A stretch of 42,601 nucleotides of DNA from an uncultured Dehalococcoidales bacterium (GTDB lineage: Bacteria; Chloroflexota; Dehalococcoidia; GIF9; AB-539-J10), in the NCBI GenBank assembly GCA_964429285.1, contig CAYSBO010000002.1, positions 1 through 42,601 of the forward strand. Direction: 5' to 3'. The notes beneath the pieces are model-generated. The model did not search any database. It saw only the letters and a list, made by a program, of their open reading frames with translations, and was not told where the DNA came from. The translations under genes were made by a program, and so were the position numbers. Shown here in pieces: positions 16,094-23,399 of the stretch (its first letter is position 1; the number at the start of each line of letters is the position of its first letter).

Positions 16094-17251
16094 TCATTCC
16101 TCCGACATTGCCTCAGCAACTAGCTCAATTATGTCTTTAACCTGCATGGTCTCCGCCTTGCCCATAGAGAGCACGCTATCCCTGTAGTTGAGGAAACAGT
16201 AAGGACAGGCCACTGCTATGATTTCAGCACCTTTTTCGGCAGCTTGCTCCACTCTTATGTCAGAGAACCTTTCCCCTTTCGGGGTATCCATCCAGATTCT
16301 GCCGCCCCCACCCCCACAGCAAAGTGCGTCCTCGCGAAAGTCGGGAAACTCCATCAATTCCACCCCGGGGATACTCTCTAACACTTTTCTGGGCTCATCA
16401 TATATGTCGCTGTGCCTTCCCAAATAGCAGGGGTCAGAATAGATTACCTTCTTCTTTACTTCTTTGGAGAATTTTAGTTTCCCCTGGTCTAGGAGCGAAG
16501 CCAAATATTGGGTGACGTGAATTGCCTCAAATTGGCCCCCGAGCTCGGGGTATTCGTACTTGAAAGTGTAGTAGCAGTGGGGTGAAGAAGCCACCACGGT
16601 CTTGACGTCGTTATTGTTGAAAAGTTGAATATTGCTTTGGGCCAGACTGAGAAATGTATCTTCATGCCCAGCTTTTCTAATAGACTCGCCGCAGCATTTT
16701 GCCTCAGTGCCTATCAGGCCGTAGTCAAGCCCCAGCTTGTTGAACACCGTAGCAGTGGACCGGGCCACTGTCTTTGCATCAGGGTCGTAGGAAGGAATAC
16801 AGCACGGGAAATACAGCAGGTCAGTGCCGGAAGCAAAGTCCTTCACGTTGAGTTCTTTCGCCCAGTCGTTCCGTTTTTCTGGTGCCTCCCCAAGGGGGTT
16901 TCCTACCCCGGCGATGTTTTTGGCCGAAATCCTCAGAGCATCGGGGACGACCCCAATACCTAGGCTAGCTACAGCCCGGCGTATAGCTCTCATGATATCG
17001 ATTATCTCCACACCCCGGGGGCAGCGTTGAACACAGGCCCCACAGGTGACGCAGGTCCAGACATCCTCGCTGCCAAAATCAATTGCCCCGAGCTGAGACT
17101 CATGCATGATACGACGAACGACGAAACTGCGTACCTGGTTCCAGGGACAAATTCCGGTGCAAAGGCCGCATTGGTAGCACAATTTGAGAGGTTCGCCACC
17201 AGCCTCCAGTATCACATCTGTAGCTTCTTTGTAAGGACTTAATACTTCCAT
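16094..17251 (-). CDS. HdrC-HdrB fusion (HdrD/GlpC-like) Fe-S protein with two CCG domains
   Basis: N-terminal CYQCGLCTGICPW and CVTCGACVQRCPRG (2x[4Fe-4S]), followed by CCG-type motifs FPCCIPSYD..KCCGESI and DPCYLGRH..LCCGGGGG..CPYC. ATG 17249-17251 with GAGGTGA 7 nt upstream is preferred over the TTG at 17287, which lies inside a hairpin/A-tract. Confidence 0.85.
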   Translation of the reverse strand: MEVLSPYKEATDVILEAGGEPLKLCYQCGLCTGICPWNQVRSFVVRRIMHESQLGAIDFGSEDVWTCVTCGACVQRCPRGVEIIDIMRAIRRAVASLGIGVVPDALRISAKNIAGVGNPLGEAPEKRNDWAKELNVKDFASGTDLLYFPCCIPSYDPDAKTVARSTATVFNKLGLDYGLIGTEAKCCGESIRKAGHEDTFLSLAQSNIQLFNNNDVKTVVASSPHCYYTFKYEYPELGGQFEAIHVTQYLASLLDQGKLKFSKEVKKKVIYSDPCYLGRHSDIYDEPRKVLESIPGVELMEFPDFREDALCCGGGGGRIWMDTPKGERFSDIRVEQAAEKGAEIIAVACPYCFLNYRDSVLSMGKAETMQVKDIIELVAEAMSEE

Positions 17252-17285
17252 CTTTGTTTCACCTCGGCCTTTCAGAATTGGCCAC

Positions 17286-17328
17286 AAAAAAAGGTGGCCC
17301 CCACAAGAGTACTACGGTCACCTTTTTT
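17286..17328 (-). terminator. Hairpin flanked by A7 and T6 tracts (bidirectional-terminator-like or attenuator-like element) in the leader of the hdr cluster
   Basis: Minus strand reads AAAAAAGGTGACC-gtagtactcttgtggg-GGCCACCTTTTTTT: a 7-bp stem with one A:C mismatch, a 16-nt loop and a U7 tail. The 3' stem arm can alternatively pair with the downstream GTGGCC (GGCCAC-N8-GTGGCC). Confidence 0.4.
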
Positions 17329-17358
17329 GCTTCAACCCAGCTTCGAACACAGCGGGAA

Positions 17359-17387
17359 AGTATAACAAAGGCTCTAAGAAAAGGCAA
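17359..17387 (-). promoter_or_regulatory. Sigma70-like promoter TTGCCT-17 nt-TATACT reading toward the hdr cluster
   Basis: Minus strand: TTGCCT (17387-17382), a 17-nt spacer, then TATACT (17364-17359). It lies about 100 nt upstream of the hdrBC start and upstream of the hairpin/U-tract. Confidence 0.4.
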
Positions 17388-17441
17388 GATTTGCGGCAAA
17401 AGGATTGTGTGAACGTGGACGTCACGTGCGCGCTCGAAGGT

Positions 17442-17873
17442 TCACTGTTCTGCGCTACGTTCGGTCGTTACCGATCCCAATACTCCGTTGATCAACCGGG
17501 GGGAAGAATCGGTTCCGAATTCCTTGGCCAGCTCTATAGCCTCATTTATGGCTACCTTGAGCGGAGTCCTGTCAGATGTAGTTGTCTCCTGAAATACGAT
17601 TTCGAAAATAGCTATGCGCAGAATATTCCTATCGATGACGGACATTTGTTCCGTGGGAAAAGAGGAGGCGAATTTCTTGATAAGAGCATCAAGCTGAGAT
17701 TTATTCCGGAGTACTCCTGCCACAAGCACCTTACTGAAACTGAGCACCTGTGGGGGCAACTTTTCCTCTGCAGTCAAGTGGGCTAAGGCATCCTCCACCT
17801 TATGGGTGGTGCAATCCAGCTCGTAGAGAGCCTGGAGAGCAATGATTCGTGCCTTTCGCCTGGGGCTGGCCAT
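17442..17873 (-). CDS. nusB: Transcription antitermination factor NusB
   Basis: The sequence [19 protein letters not shown]...[14 protein letters not shown]...[24 protein letters not shown] is classic NusB. ATG 17871-17873 overlaps the fabD stop (TAATG). The track's GTG at 17897 is an alternative start. Confidence 0.9.
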   Translation of the reverse strand: MASPRRKARIIALQALYELDCTTHKVEDALAHLTAEEKLPPQVLSFSKVLVAGVLRNKSQLDALIKKFASSFPTEQMSVIDRNILRIAIFEIVFQETTTSDRTPLKVAINEAIELAKEFGTDSSPRLINGVLGSVTTERSAEQ

Positions 17874-18820
17874 TAGTTGTTTGGCCTCTCTCTGCACGCT
17901 AGCTGTGCTATATCCTCGTTCCCTGATATATTGCAGGTCTGGAGTTCTGAGTTGATTCGCCTGATCAGACCACTAAGCACTCGCCCCGGACCTATCTCAC
18001 AGAAGGTAGTCACGCCATTGTGCATCATGTATTCCACTGACCTCTGCCACTGGATGCAATTGCGAAGTTGCTGTACCAGTTCGTCACTTATGGAGTCGGC
18101 ATCGGCTAGCGGCCTGGCGGTCACATTGGATACTATGGGAATGACTGGCGGCTCAAGCCTGAAGCTGGAGACGATTCTGCTGAATTCTGCCAGGACCGGC
18201 TCCATCAGGACAGAGTGAAAAGCCCCGCTGACCCTCAAAGGAATAACCCGAGCGCCTTGCTCTCTGGCTAGTTTATTAGCCTGAGCCAGAGCCTGGGCGA
18301 CGCCACTGAGCACGATCTGCCCGGGACAGTTTATGTTGGAGATTTCAGTCCCACTCTCAGAACTTATGCCTTTGACCGTTTCTTCGTCCAGACCCAGTAC
18401 TGCCAGCATGCCTCCGGGTTGTCTTAGCCCGGCTTCATACATTAATCTGCCTCTCTCTCTGACAAGTGAAATGGCGTCGGCCAGGCCCAAGACCCCGGCA
18501 GCAACCAGGGCGGTGTATTCACCTAAACTGTGGCCAGCAACAAAAGTGGGACGAGGAAAGTTCAGTATGGCAGCCTCTTCCAGGGCTCTGAGGCATGCAA
18601 TGCTGACCACCAGTATCGCCGGCTGGACGTTATGCGTCTTTCTTAATTCGTCTTCGGGACCTTCAAAGCACAGGCGAGAGAGAGAAAAGCCCAGACAGGC
18701 ATCTGCTTCACGAAAGACTGCCCTGGCCGAGGGATAGGTGTCATACAGGTCCGATCCCATACCGGTGCTTTGGGAGCCCTGCCCCGGGAAAACATAAGCT
18801 ACCCTGGAGAACTCGGCCAT
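17873..18820 (-). CDS. fabD: Malonyl CoA-ACP transacylase
   Basis: 315 aa with [12 protein letters not shown], the GHSLGEY active-site Ser motif, and VSGAFHS. Confidence 0.9.
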   Translation of the reverse strand: MAEFSRVAYVFPGQGSQSTGMGSDLYDTYPSARAVFREADACLGFSLSRLCFEGPEDELRKTHNVQPAILVVSIACLRALEEAAILNFPRPTFVAGHSLGEYTALVAAGVLGLADAISLVRERGRLMYEAGLRQPGGMLAVLGLDEETVKGISSESGTEISNINCPGQIVLSGVAQALAQANKLAREQGARVIPLRVSGAFHSVLMEPVLAEFSRIVSSFRLEPPVIPIVSNVTARPLADADSISDELVQQLRNCIQWQRSVEYMMHNGVTTFCEIGPGRVLSGLIRRINSELQTCNISGNEDIAQLACRERPNN

Positions 18821-18826
18821 GCTGAT

Positions 18827-19018
18827 CTATTTTTTCTTGGAGGGCTTAACCTCGAGCGCCTCTCTGTCACCGTACCAGCCGCAGTTGGGACAAACACGGT
18901 GGGGTGACTTGGGACTGTGGCAATGGGGGCATTCATCCATGGCAGGCGGACTCAGTTTGAGATGACTACGCCGTTTTCCCTGGCGTGATTTGGAGTATTT
19001 CTTCTTAGGTAGTGCCAT
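18827..19018 (-). CDS. rpmF: 50S ribosomal protein L32
   Basis: 63 aa. MALPKKKYSKSRQGKRRSH plus the CPHC...CPNC zinc ribbon. Confidence 0.9.
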   Translation of the reverse strand: MALPKKKYSKSRQGKRRSHLKLSPPAMDECPHCHSPKSPHRVCPNCGWYGDREALEVKPSKKK

Positions 19019-19469
19019 ATGAATCGGTCTCCTTTATTCCCGGACAGTCGGGACGACATAGTGGTTTCATGGGCAAATTCAGCAATGTATACTGGCGTAT
19101 TAGCTCGCTCAGGTCAAGTATATTCTTCTCATCGATGGTGAACTCATCTGGTTCCTCTGCCAGAGAGAGGGGTACACCGCTAGATACGTCGGTGGTGGTC
19201 AGGAATTCTTCCTCTACGGGGAAAGCCAGATGGCACCAGAAACTATCCAGGCAGCGGCTACATATCAGCCTTACGTCGACATCTAGTTCGCCCTGGGCCA
19301 GGACTCCCCGGTTGGTATGAATCAGCTTTACGGTCCCTTTTATAGGGCCTTTGACCTCCTCATCAATTACCCCGTCGATAGTGTAACTTCGGCTGGATCC
19401 GACAGGCTCTTTCAGTAACTGGGCCACGTTTATCGGAGCACTCGTAAGCTGCCCTAGGATCTTTTCCAT
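19005..19469 (-). CDS. yceD: YceD/DUF177 family protein (23S rRNA accumulation protein)
   Basis: 154 aa. It has the conserved position directly upstream of rpmF with a 14-nt overlap, an acidic protein with CSRCL...CRPDCPG motifs. Confidence 0.75.
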   Translation of the reverse strand: MEKILGQLTSAPINVAQLLKEPVGSSRSYTIDGVIDEEVKGPIKGTVKLIHTNRGVLAQGELDVDVRLICSRCLDSFWCHLAFPVEEEFLTTTDVSSGVPLSLAEEPDEFTIDEKNILDLSELIRQYTLLNLPMKPLCRPDCPGIKETDSYGTT

Positions 19470-19534
19470 CTGTCATCGCCTAGAAATTTGGATCAACTAC
19501 ACAGTATAATGGCTATCGGCAAGAGGTTCAAGTA

Positions 19535-20695
19535 TTGGAGATGGAAAAGGCAAAGGTGAGGGAGGCTGTTGAACTGCAAAGGCAGCAGCTTATCCAGCTG
19601 AGCCTGAACATTCATGATAACCCTGAGTTGGGGCTGGAAGAAGAGAAAGCATCTGCCTGGCTTACCGGCTATCTTGAAGACAGTGGATTCAGCGTAGAAC
19701 GAGGCATTGCTGGCCTGGCCACGGCCTTTCGAGCAACGTATGGCCGTGGGAGCCCAAGAATTGCCCTGCTTGCGGAATATGATGCTTTGCCAGGAATAGG
19801 ACATGCCTGCGGGCATAACATAATTGGTACTTCGGCAACGGGGGCTGGTGTGGCTAGTAGGCCTATCATTGACCAGTTAGGGGGTAGTGTGGTGGTTCTG
19901 GGCACTCCTGCGGAGGAAGGTCTTGGGGGCAAGATAGACATGGCCAAAGCGGGGGTCTTTCAAGGGATAGACGCGGCCATGATAGTTCACCCCGATGTAC
20001 GAAACATAATAACCATACAGGCGCTTGCCTGCAGCACCCTGGATGTGGAGTTTTTCGGCAAATCGGCTCATGCTGCTGCTCAGCCTTACGAGGGCATAAA
20101 TGCCCTTGAAGCTATGATTCTGGCCTTCACTTCAATAAACTCGTTGCGTCAGCACATGAGAGAAGGGGGACGGGTCCACGGCATAATCACCGACGGGGGT
20201 GAAGCACCCAACATAGTGCCTGCCCACAGCGCTGGCGTATTTTTGGTACGTGCCCCGGATAACGACTATCTCGACGAGTTGAAGAGCAAGGTCTTGAACT
20301 GCTTTGCGGGGGCGTCTACAGCCAGTGGAGCGAGATTGGAATACAGGTGGAGAGACAAGGCTTACGCCCCGATGAAAAACAACGCGACTCTGGCGCAGCT
20401 ATTTAGCCAGAACTTGGAATCGCTGGGACGCAATGTAGAAGCTTTCCAGCCCGAATTTGGCTTTGGTAGCACGGACATGGGAAATGTCAGTCAGTTGGTG
20501 CCGAGCATACATCCAACGATAGCTATAGCCTCCCCCGAAGTGTTCATACACACCCCGGAGTTTGCTGCGGCAGCCGCCTCGGAAGCGGGGCACGAAGGGC
20601 TAATGGACGCAGCCAAGGCAATGGCTATGACTGTAGTGGATGTCCTCCAGCCGGGCATGCTGGACAAGATCAAGCAGGATTTCTGCCAGGGCTAG
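19535..20695 (+). CDS. M20-family metallo-amidohydrolase/peptidase (AbgB/YxeP-like)
   Basis: 386 aa. Motifs: HDNPELGLEE, EYDALPGIGHACGHNIIG, GTPAEEG. A TTG at 19535 follows AAGAGGT by 8 nt; ATG 19541 is the alternative start. Confidence 0.75.
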   Translation: MEMEKAKVREAVELQRQQLIQLSLNIHDNPELGLEEEKASAWLTGYLEDSGFSVERGIAGLATAFRATYGRGSPRIALLAEYDALPGIGHACGHNIIGTSATGAGVASRPIIDQLGGSVVVLGTPAEEGLGGKIDMAKAGVFQGIDAAMIVHPDVRNIITIQALACSTLDVEFFGKSAHAAAQPYEGINALEAMILAFTSINSLRQHMREGGRVHGIITDGGEAPNIVPAHSAGVFLVRAPDNDYLDELKSKVLNCFAGASTASGARLEYRWRDKAYAPMKNNATLAQLFSQNLESLGRNVEAFQPEFGFGSTDMGNVSQLVPSIHPTIAIASPEVFIHTPEFAAAAASEAGHEGLMDAAKAMAMTVVDVLQPGMLDKIKQDFCQG

Positions 20696-20864
20696 GTTAG
20701 TCCCTGCCAGTATATGGGCAGTAACCAATGGCGCGATTATGGTGATTGGCTTCATCCGGCATGTTGTAGCAACCCGAATTGAAGCCGATGGCGAGTCAAG
20801 TGAGTTGACCCGGAAAATTGAGGAAATGCTAAAATACCGGTATTAGGTGGAAGAGAGGAGTCTT

Positions 20865-21317
20865 ATGAAAGTTGTTTTACTGGAAAACATCCCGGGAAAG
20901 GGAAGAGCGGGGGAGATAAGGGAAGTTAGCCAAGGCTTTGCCAGGAACTTCCTTCTGCCCCGCGGTTTGGCTCTGGTAGCCACCCCCGCGATCATCAGAG
21001 AAACGGAGGCCAAGCTGCAGAAGGAACAGAGGGAAGAAATGATGGACCGGGACAAACTGGCTGAACTAGCTCAGCAGATCGAGGGAACGGTGGTTCATTT
21101 CAAGGCCCGCGCCGGCGCCGGAGACCGCCTGTTCGGCTCGGTCACCGCCGCTGACATAGCCGAAGAAGTGGGTCGAGTCACGGGCTCCGTTATCGACAAG
21201 AAAAAGATAGACATAGAAAAACCTCTGCGCCAGGCAGGGAGCCACGAAGTGACCGTCCGGTTGGCTGGCGACATTAAGCCGCAAATTACCGTGGTTGTCG
21301 AGGAGGAGCAGGATTAG
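20865..21317 (+). CDS. rplI: 50S ribosomal protein L9
   Basis: MKVVLLENIPGKGRAGEIREVSQGFARNFLLPRGLA. ATG 20865 is preceded by GAGAGGAG; the track's GTG at 20847 is rejected. Confidence 0.9.
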   Translation: MKVVLLENIPGKGRAGEIREVSQGFARNFLLPRGLALVATPAIIRETEAKLQKEQREEMMDRDKLAELAQQIEGTVVHFKARAGAGDRLFGSVTAADIAEEVGRVTGSVIDKKKIDIEKPLRQAGSHEVTVRLAGDIKPQITVVVEEEQD

Positions 21318-21319
21318 GT

Positions 21320-22696
21320 ATGGCAGAAGACAAAGCCCCGCCTCATGATATTGAAGCTGAGGAAGCACTGATCGGGTCTCTGCTGATTGACCCTGATGCG
21401 GTATTGAAGGTTGCGCCTTCGCTCAAGGCGGAGGATTTCTTCTCGGAGACAAATCGAACGATTTACCAGGCCTGTTCTTCCCTGTATCAACGCAATGAAG
21501 TCATAAACCAGATTACAGTGGGTCACGAGCTAATGCGTCAGAACAAGCTGGAGCAAATCGGCGGTGCTGCCTTTCTCAGTCATCTGATAAGCAATGTCCC
21601 TACGTCTCTGCACGCTGAATACTATGCGCAGATAGTATCCAATGCAGCGGTGATGCGGCGGCTGATCGCGGCTGCCGGGCAGATTGAAGCCCTTGGCTAC
21701 GAAGCCAGCCCGAATATTGAAGCTAGCCTTAACAAAGCTGAAGATATACTTTTTCAGGTTCGAATGAGGCGGGACCTTCGTGATTTCGTTCCAATTCGTG
21801 ATGCTTTGGGCCAGTACTTTGAGGAGGCCGGATCACCTGCTGCGCTCCAGGCAGGAGAAATCCCTCATGTTCTGACGGGTTTTGCGGCCTTGGATAATTT
21901 CCTGGGAGGATTACAAAGGTCTGACTTGATTGTCCTGGCGGCCAGGCCCAGCCTGGGCAAAACGAGTTTGGCTCTGAATATTGCCAGAAATGCTGCTGTT
22001 GACCAGAAGGCTTGTGTCGCTTTGTGCAGTCTAGAGATGTCCCGGGAGGCGGTGGTGCAGAGGCTGCTGGCCAGCGAGTCCGGGGTGGAGTCTAGAAAAG
22101 TCCGCCTCGGGCGGTTCGGTGAGCAGGATGAGGTAAAGGTCATGGAAGCCAGCGGAGTTCTATCTGAGGCGCCGATATATGTTGACGATTCCCCTCAACT
22201 CCGCGTTCTGGACATAAGAAGCAAGGTGCGGCGCCTTCATTTTGAGCGCAATATCGACCTGATTATCGTAGACTATCTGCAACTGATACAAGGCGAAGGC
22301 AAGAATGAAACCCGGGTCCAGGAGATTAGCAAGATAACCCGTGCCTTGAAAACCCTGGCCAGGGAGCTCAATGTGCCGGTACTGGCAGTGTCACAACTCA
22401 GTCGTGCTGTGGAATGGCGGGCGTCTCATATACCTCAGCTTGCTGACTTGCGGGAAAGTGGTAGTATTGAGCAGGATGCCGACGTGGTCCTTTTTATCTA
22501 TCGAGATGACATGTACTTTTCGGCTGAGGATTGGAGCAAGGTGCACGACATTGAAAAAGAACCTTATCCCCGCGGCATCGCGGATGTCATAGTATCCAAA
22601 CATCGCAACGGTCCTCTAGGACAGCTAAAGCTGCGCTTCGCGGGCAGCATCGCCAAGTTTGCAAATCTGGAGGCCGCGACGATCCCGGCTTCGTAA
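21320..22696 (+). CDS. dnaB: Replicative DNA helicase DnaB
   Basis: 458 aa. PPHDIEAEEALIGSLL, Walker A ARPSLGKTSLALN, IVDYLQL, and the RESGSIEQDADVV motifs. Confidence 0.95.
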   Translation: MAEDKAPPHDIEAEEALIGSLLIDPDAVLKVAPSLKAEDFFSETNRTIYQACSSLYQRNEVINQITVGHELMRQNKLEQIGGAAFLSHLISNVPTSLHAEYYAQIVSNAAVMRRLIAAAGQIEALGYEASPNIEASLNKAEDILFQVRMRRDLRDFVPIRDALGQYFEEAGSPAALQAGEIPHVLTGFAALDNFLGGLQRSDLIVLAARPSLGKTSLALNIARNAAVDQKACVALCSLEMSREAVVQRLLASESGVESRKVRLGRFGEQDEVKVMEASGVLSEAPIYVDDSPQLRVLDIRSKVRRLHFERNIDLIIVDYLQLIQGEGKNETRVQEISKITRALKTLARELNVPVLAVSQLSRAVEWRASHIPQLADLRESGSIEQDADVVLFIYRDDMYFSAEDWSKVHDIEKEPYPRGIADVIVSKHRNGPLGQLKLRFAGSIAKFANLEAATIPAS

Positions 22697-22706
22697 GGGT
22701 GAAGAG

Positions 22707-23399
22707 ATGCCAGACCTGCAAATATCAGGTTCTCAGAAGAAAACAGATTCTGTCTCTCTGCCAGGGTCCTTCTTTACCGGGACAATGCCGGAAATCCAGG
22801 ACCTGGCCGAACTTAAAGCTATACTGTACGTAGCTTATCTTATCCTGCGAAAGCAAGAGCATGAGTTGGTTTCCCGTCATTCTGGGGCTATGGTCGGCCG
22901 AGCATTTTCTGAAGCTGAGAACATGCCTCGTTCTGTCACTTACAGGGAGTTGTTATCCCATGAACCTATGGCGGCAATAGGGGATGAACCGCTCCGCCGA
23001 GCCTTGAACTTGGCTGTGGAGGATGGGGCTCTTTTGCACTCGACTTCTGATGTGAACGGAGTGCAGGAGGATTTATATTTTCTGACTGCTCCCATGTATG
23101 AGGGGCGTGAGTGGGCAAAGGTCAGCATTTATGCTCTGTACGAACAGAATATCGGCATGATAACGCCCATAGTTGCTGAAGAGCTTCAGGAGGCAGAGAG
23201 GCTTTATCCGCCGGGGTGGATTGAAGAAGCCTTCAAGGAAGCAGTTGTGCTCAACAAGCGCAGTTGGAAATATATCGCCCGCATACTTGAAAGATGGGCT
23301 AGCGAAGGCAAGGACAGTGGAGAGCATAAAGGAAACACTAAAAAAGGTGGCCCAGACAAATTCATCAAGGGCAAATACGGACACCTCGTCAAAAGGTGA
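22707..23399 (+). CDS. DnaD-domain (DnaB_2) replication initiation/primosome protein
   Basis: The C-terminal sequence YALYEQNIGMITPIVAEELQEAERLYPPGWIEEAFKEAVVLNKRSWKYIARILERWASEG is a typical DnaD C-terminal domain. ATG 22707 lies 10 nt after the dnaB stop. Confidence 0.75.
   Translation: MPDLQISGSQKKTDSVSLPGSFFTGTMPEIQDLAELKAILYVAYLILRKQEHELVSRHSGAMVGRAFSEAENMPRSVTYRELLSHEPMAAIGDEPLRRALNLAVEDGALLHSTSDVNGVQEDLYFLTAPMYEGREWAKVSIYALYEQNIGMITPIVAEELQEAERLYPPGWIEEAFKEAVVLNKRSWKYIARILERWASEGKDSGEHKGNTKKGGPDKFIKGKYGHLVKR

Noticed and set aside
16093-16119. Upstream alternative starts in the ORF track: TTG 16119 for hdrA, TTG 17287 for hdrCB, GTG 20847 for rplI, 22659 for dnaD, TTG 34337 for argJ and GTG 17897 for nusB.
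   Set aside because: In each case an internal ATG has a better-placed SD, gives a canonical N-terminus, or avoids overlap with a hairpin or terminator.
23173-23346. The ATG at 23173 given by the ORF track as the start of the DnaC-like ORF.
   Set aside because: It would overlap the conserved DnaD C-terminal domain out of frame by 227 nt, and it encodes a basic low-complexity stretch (MLKSFRRQRGFIRRGGLKK...). A later GTG start is more plausible.
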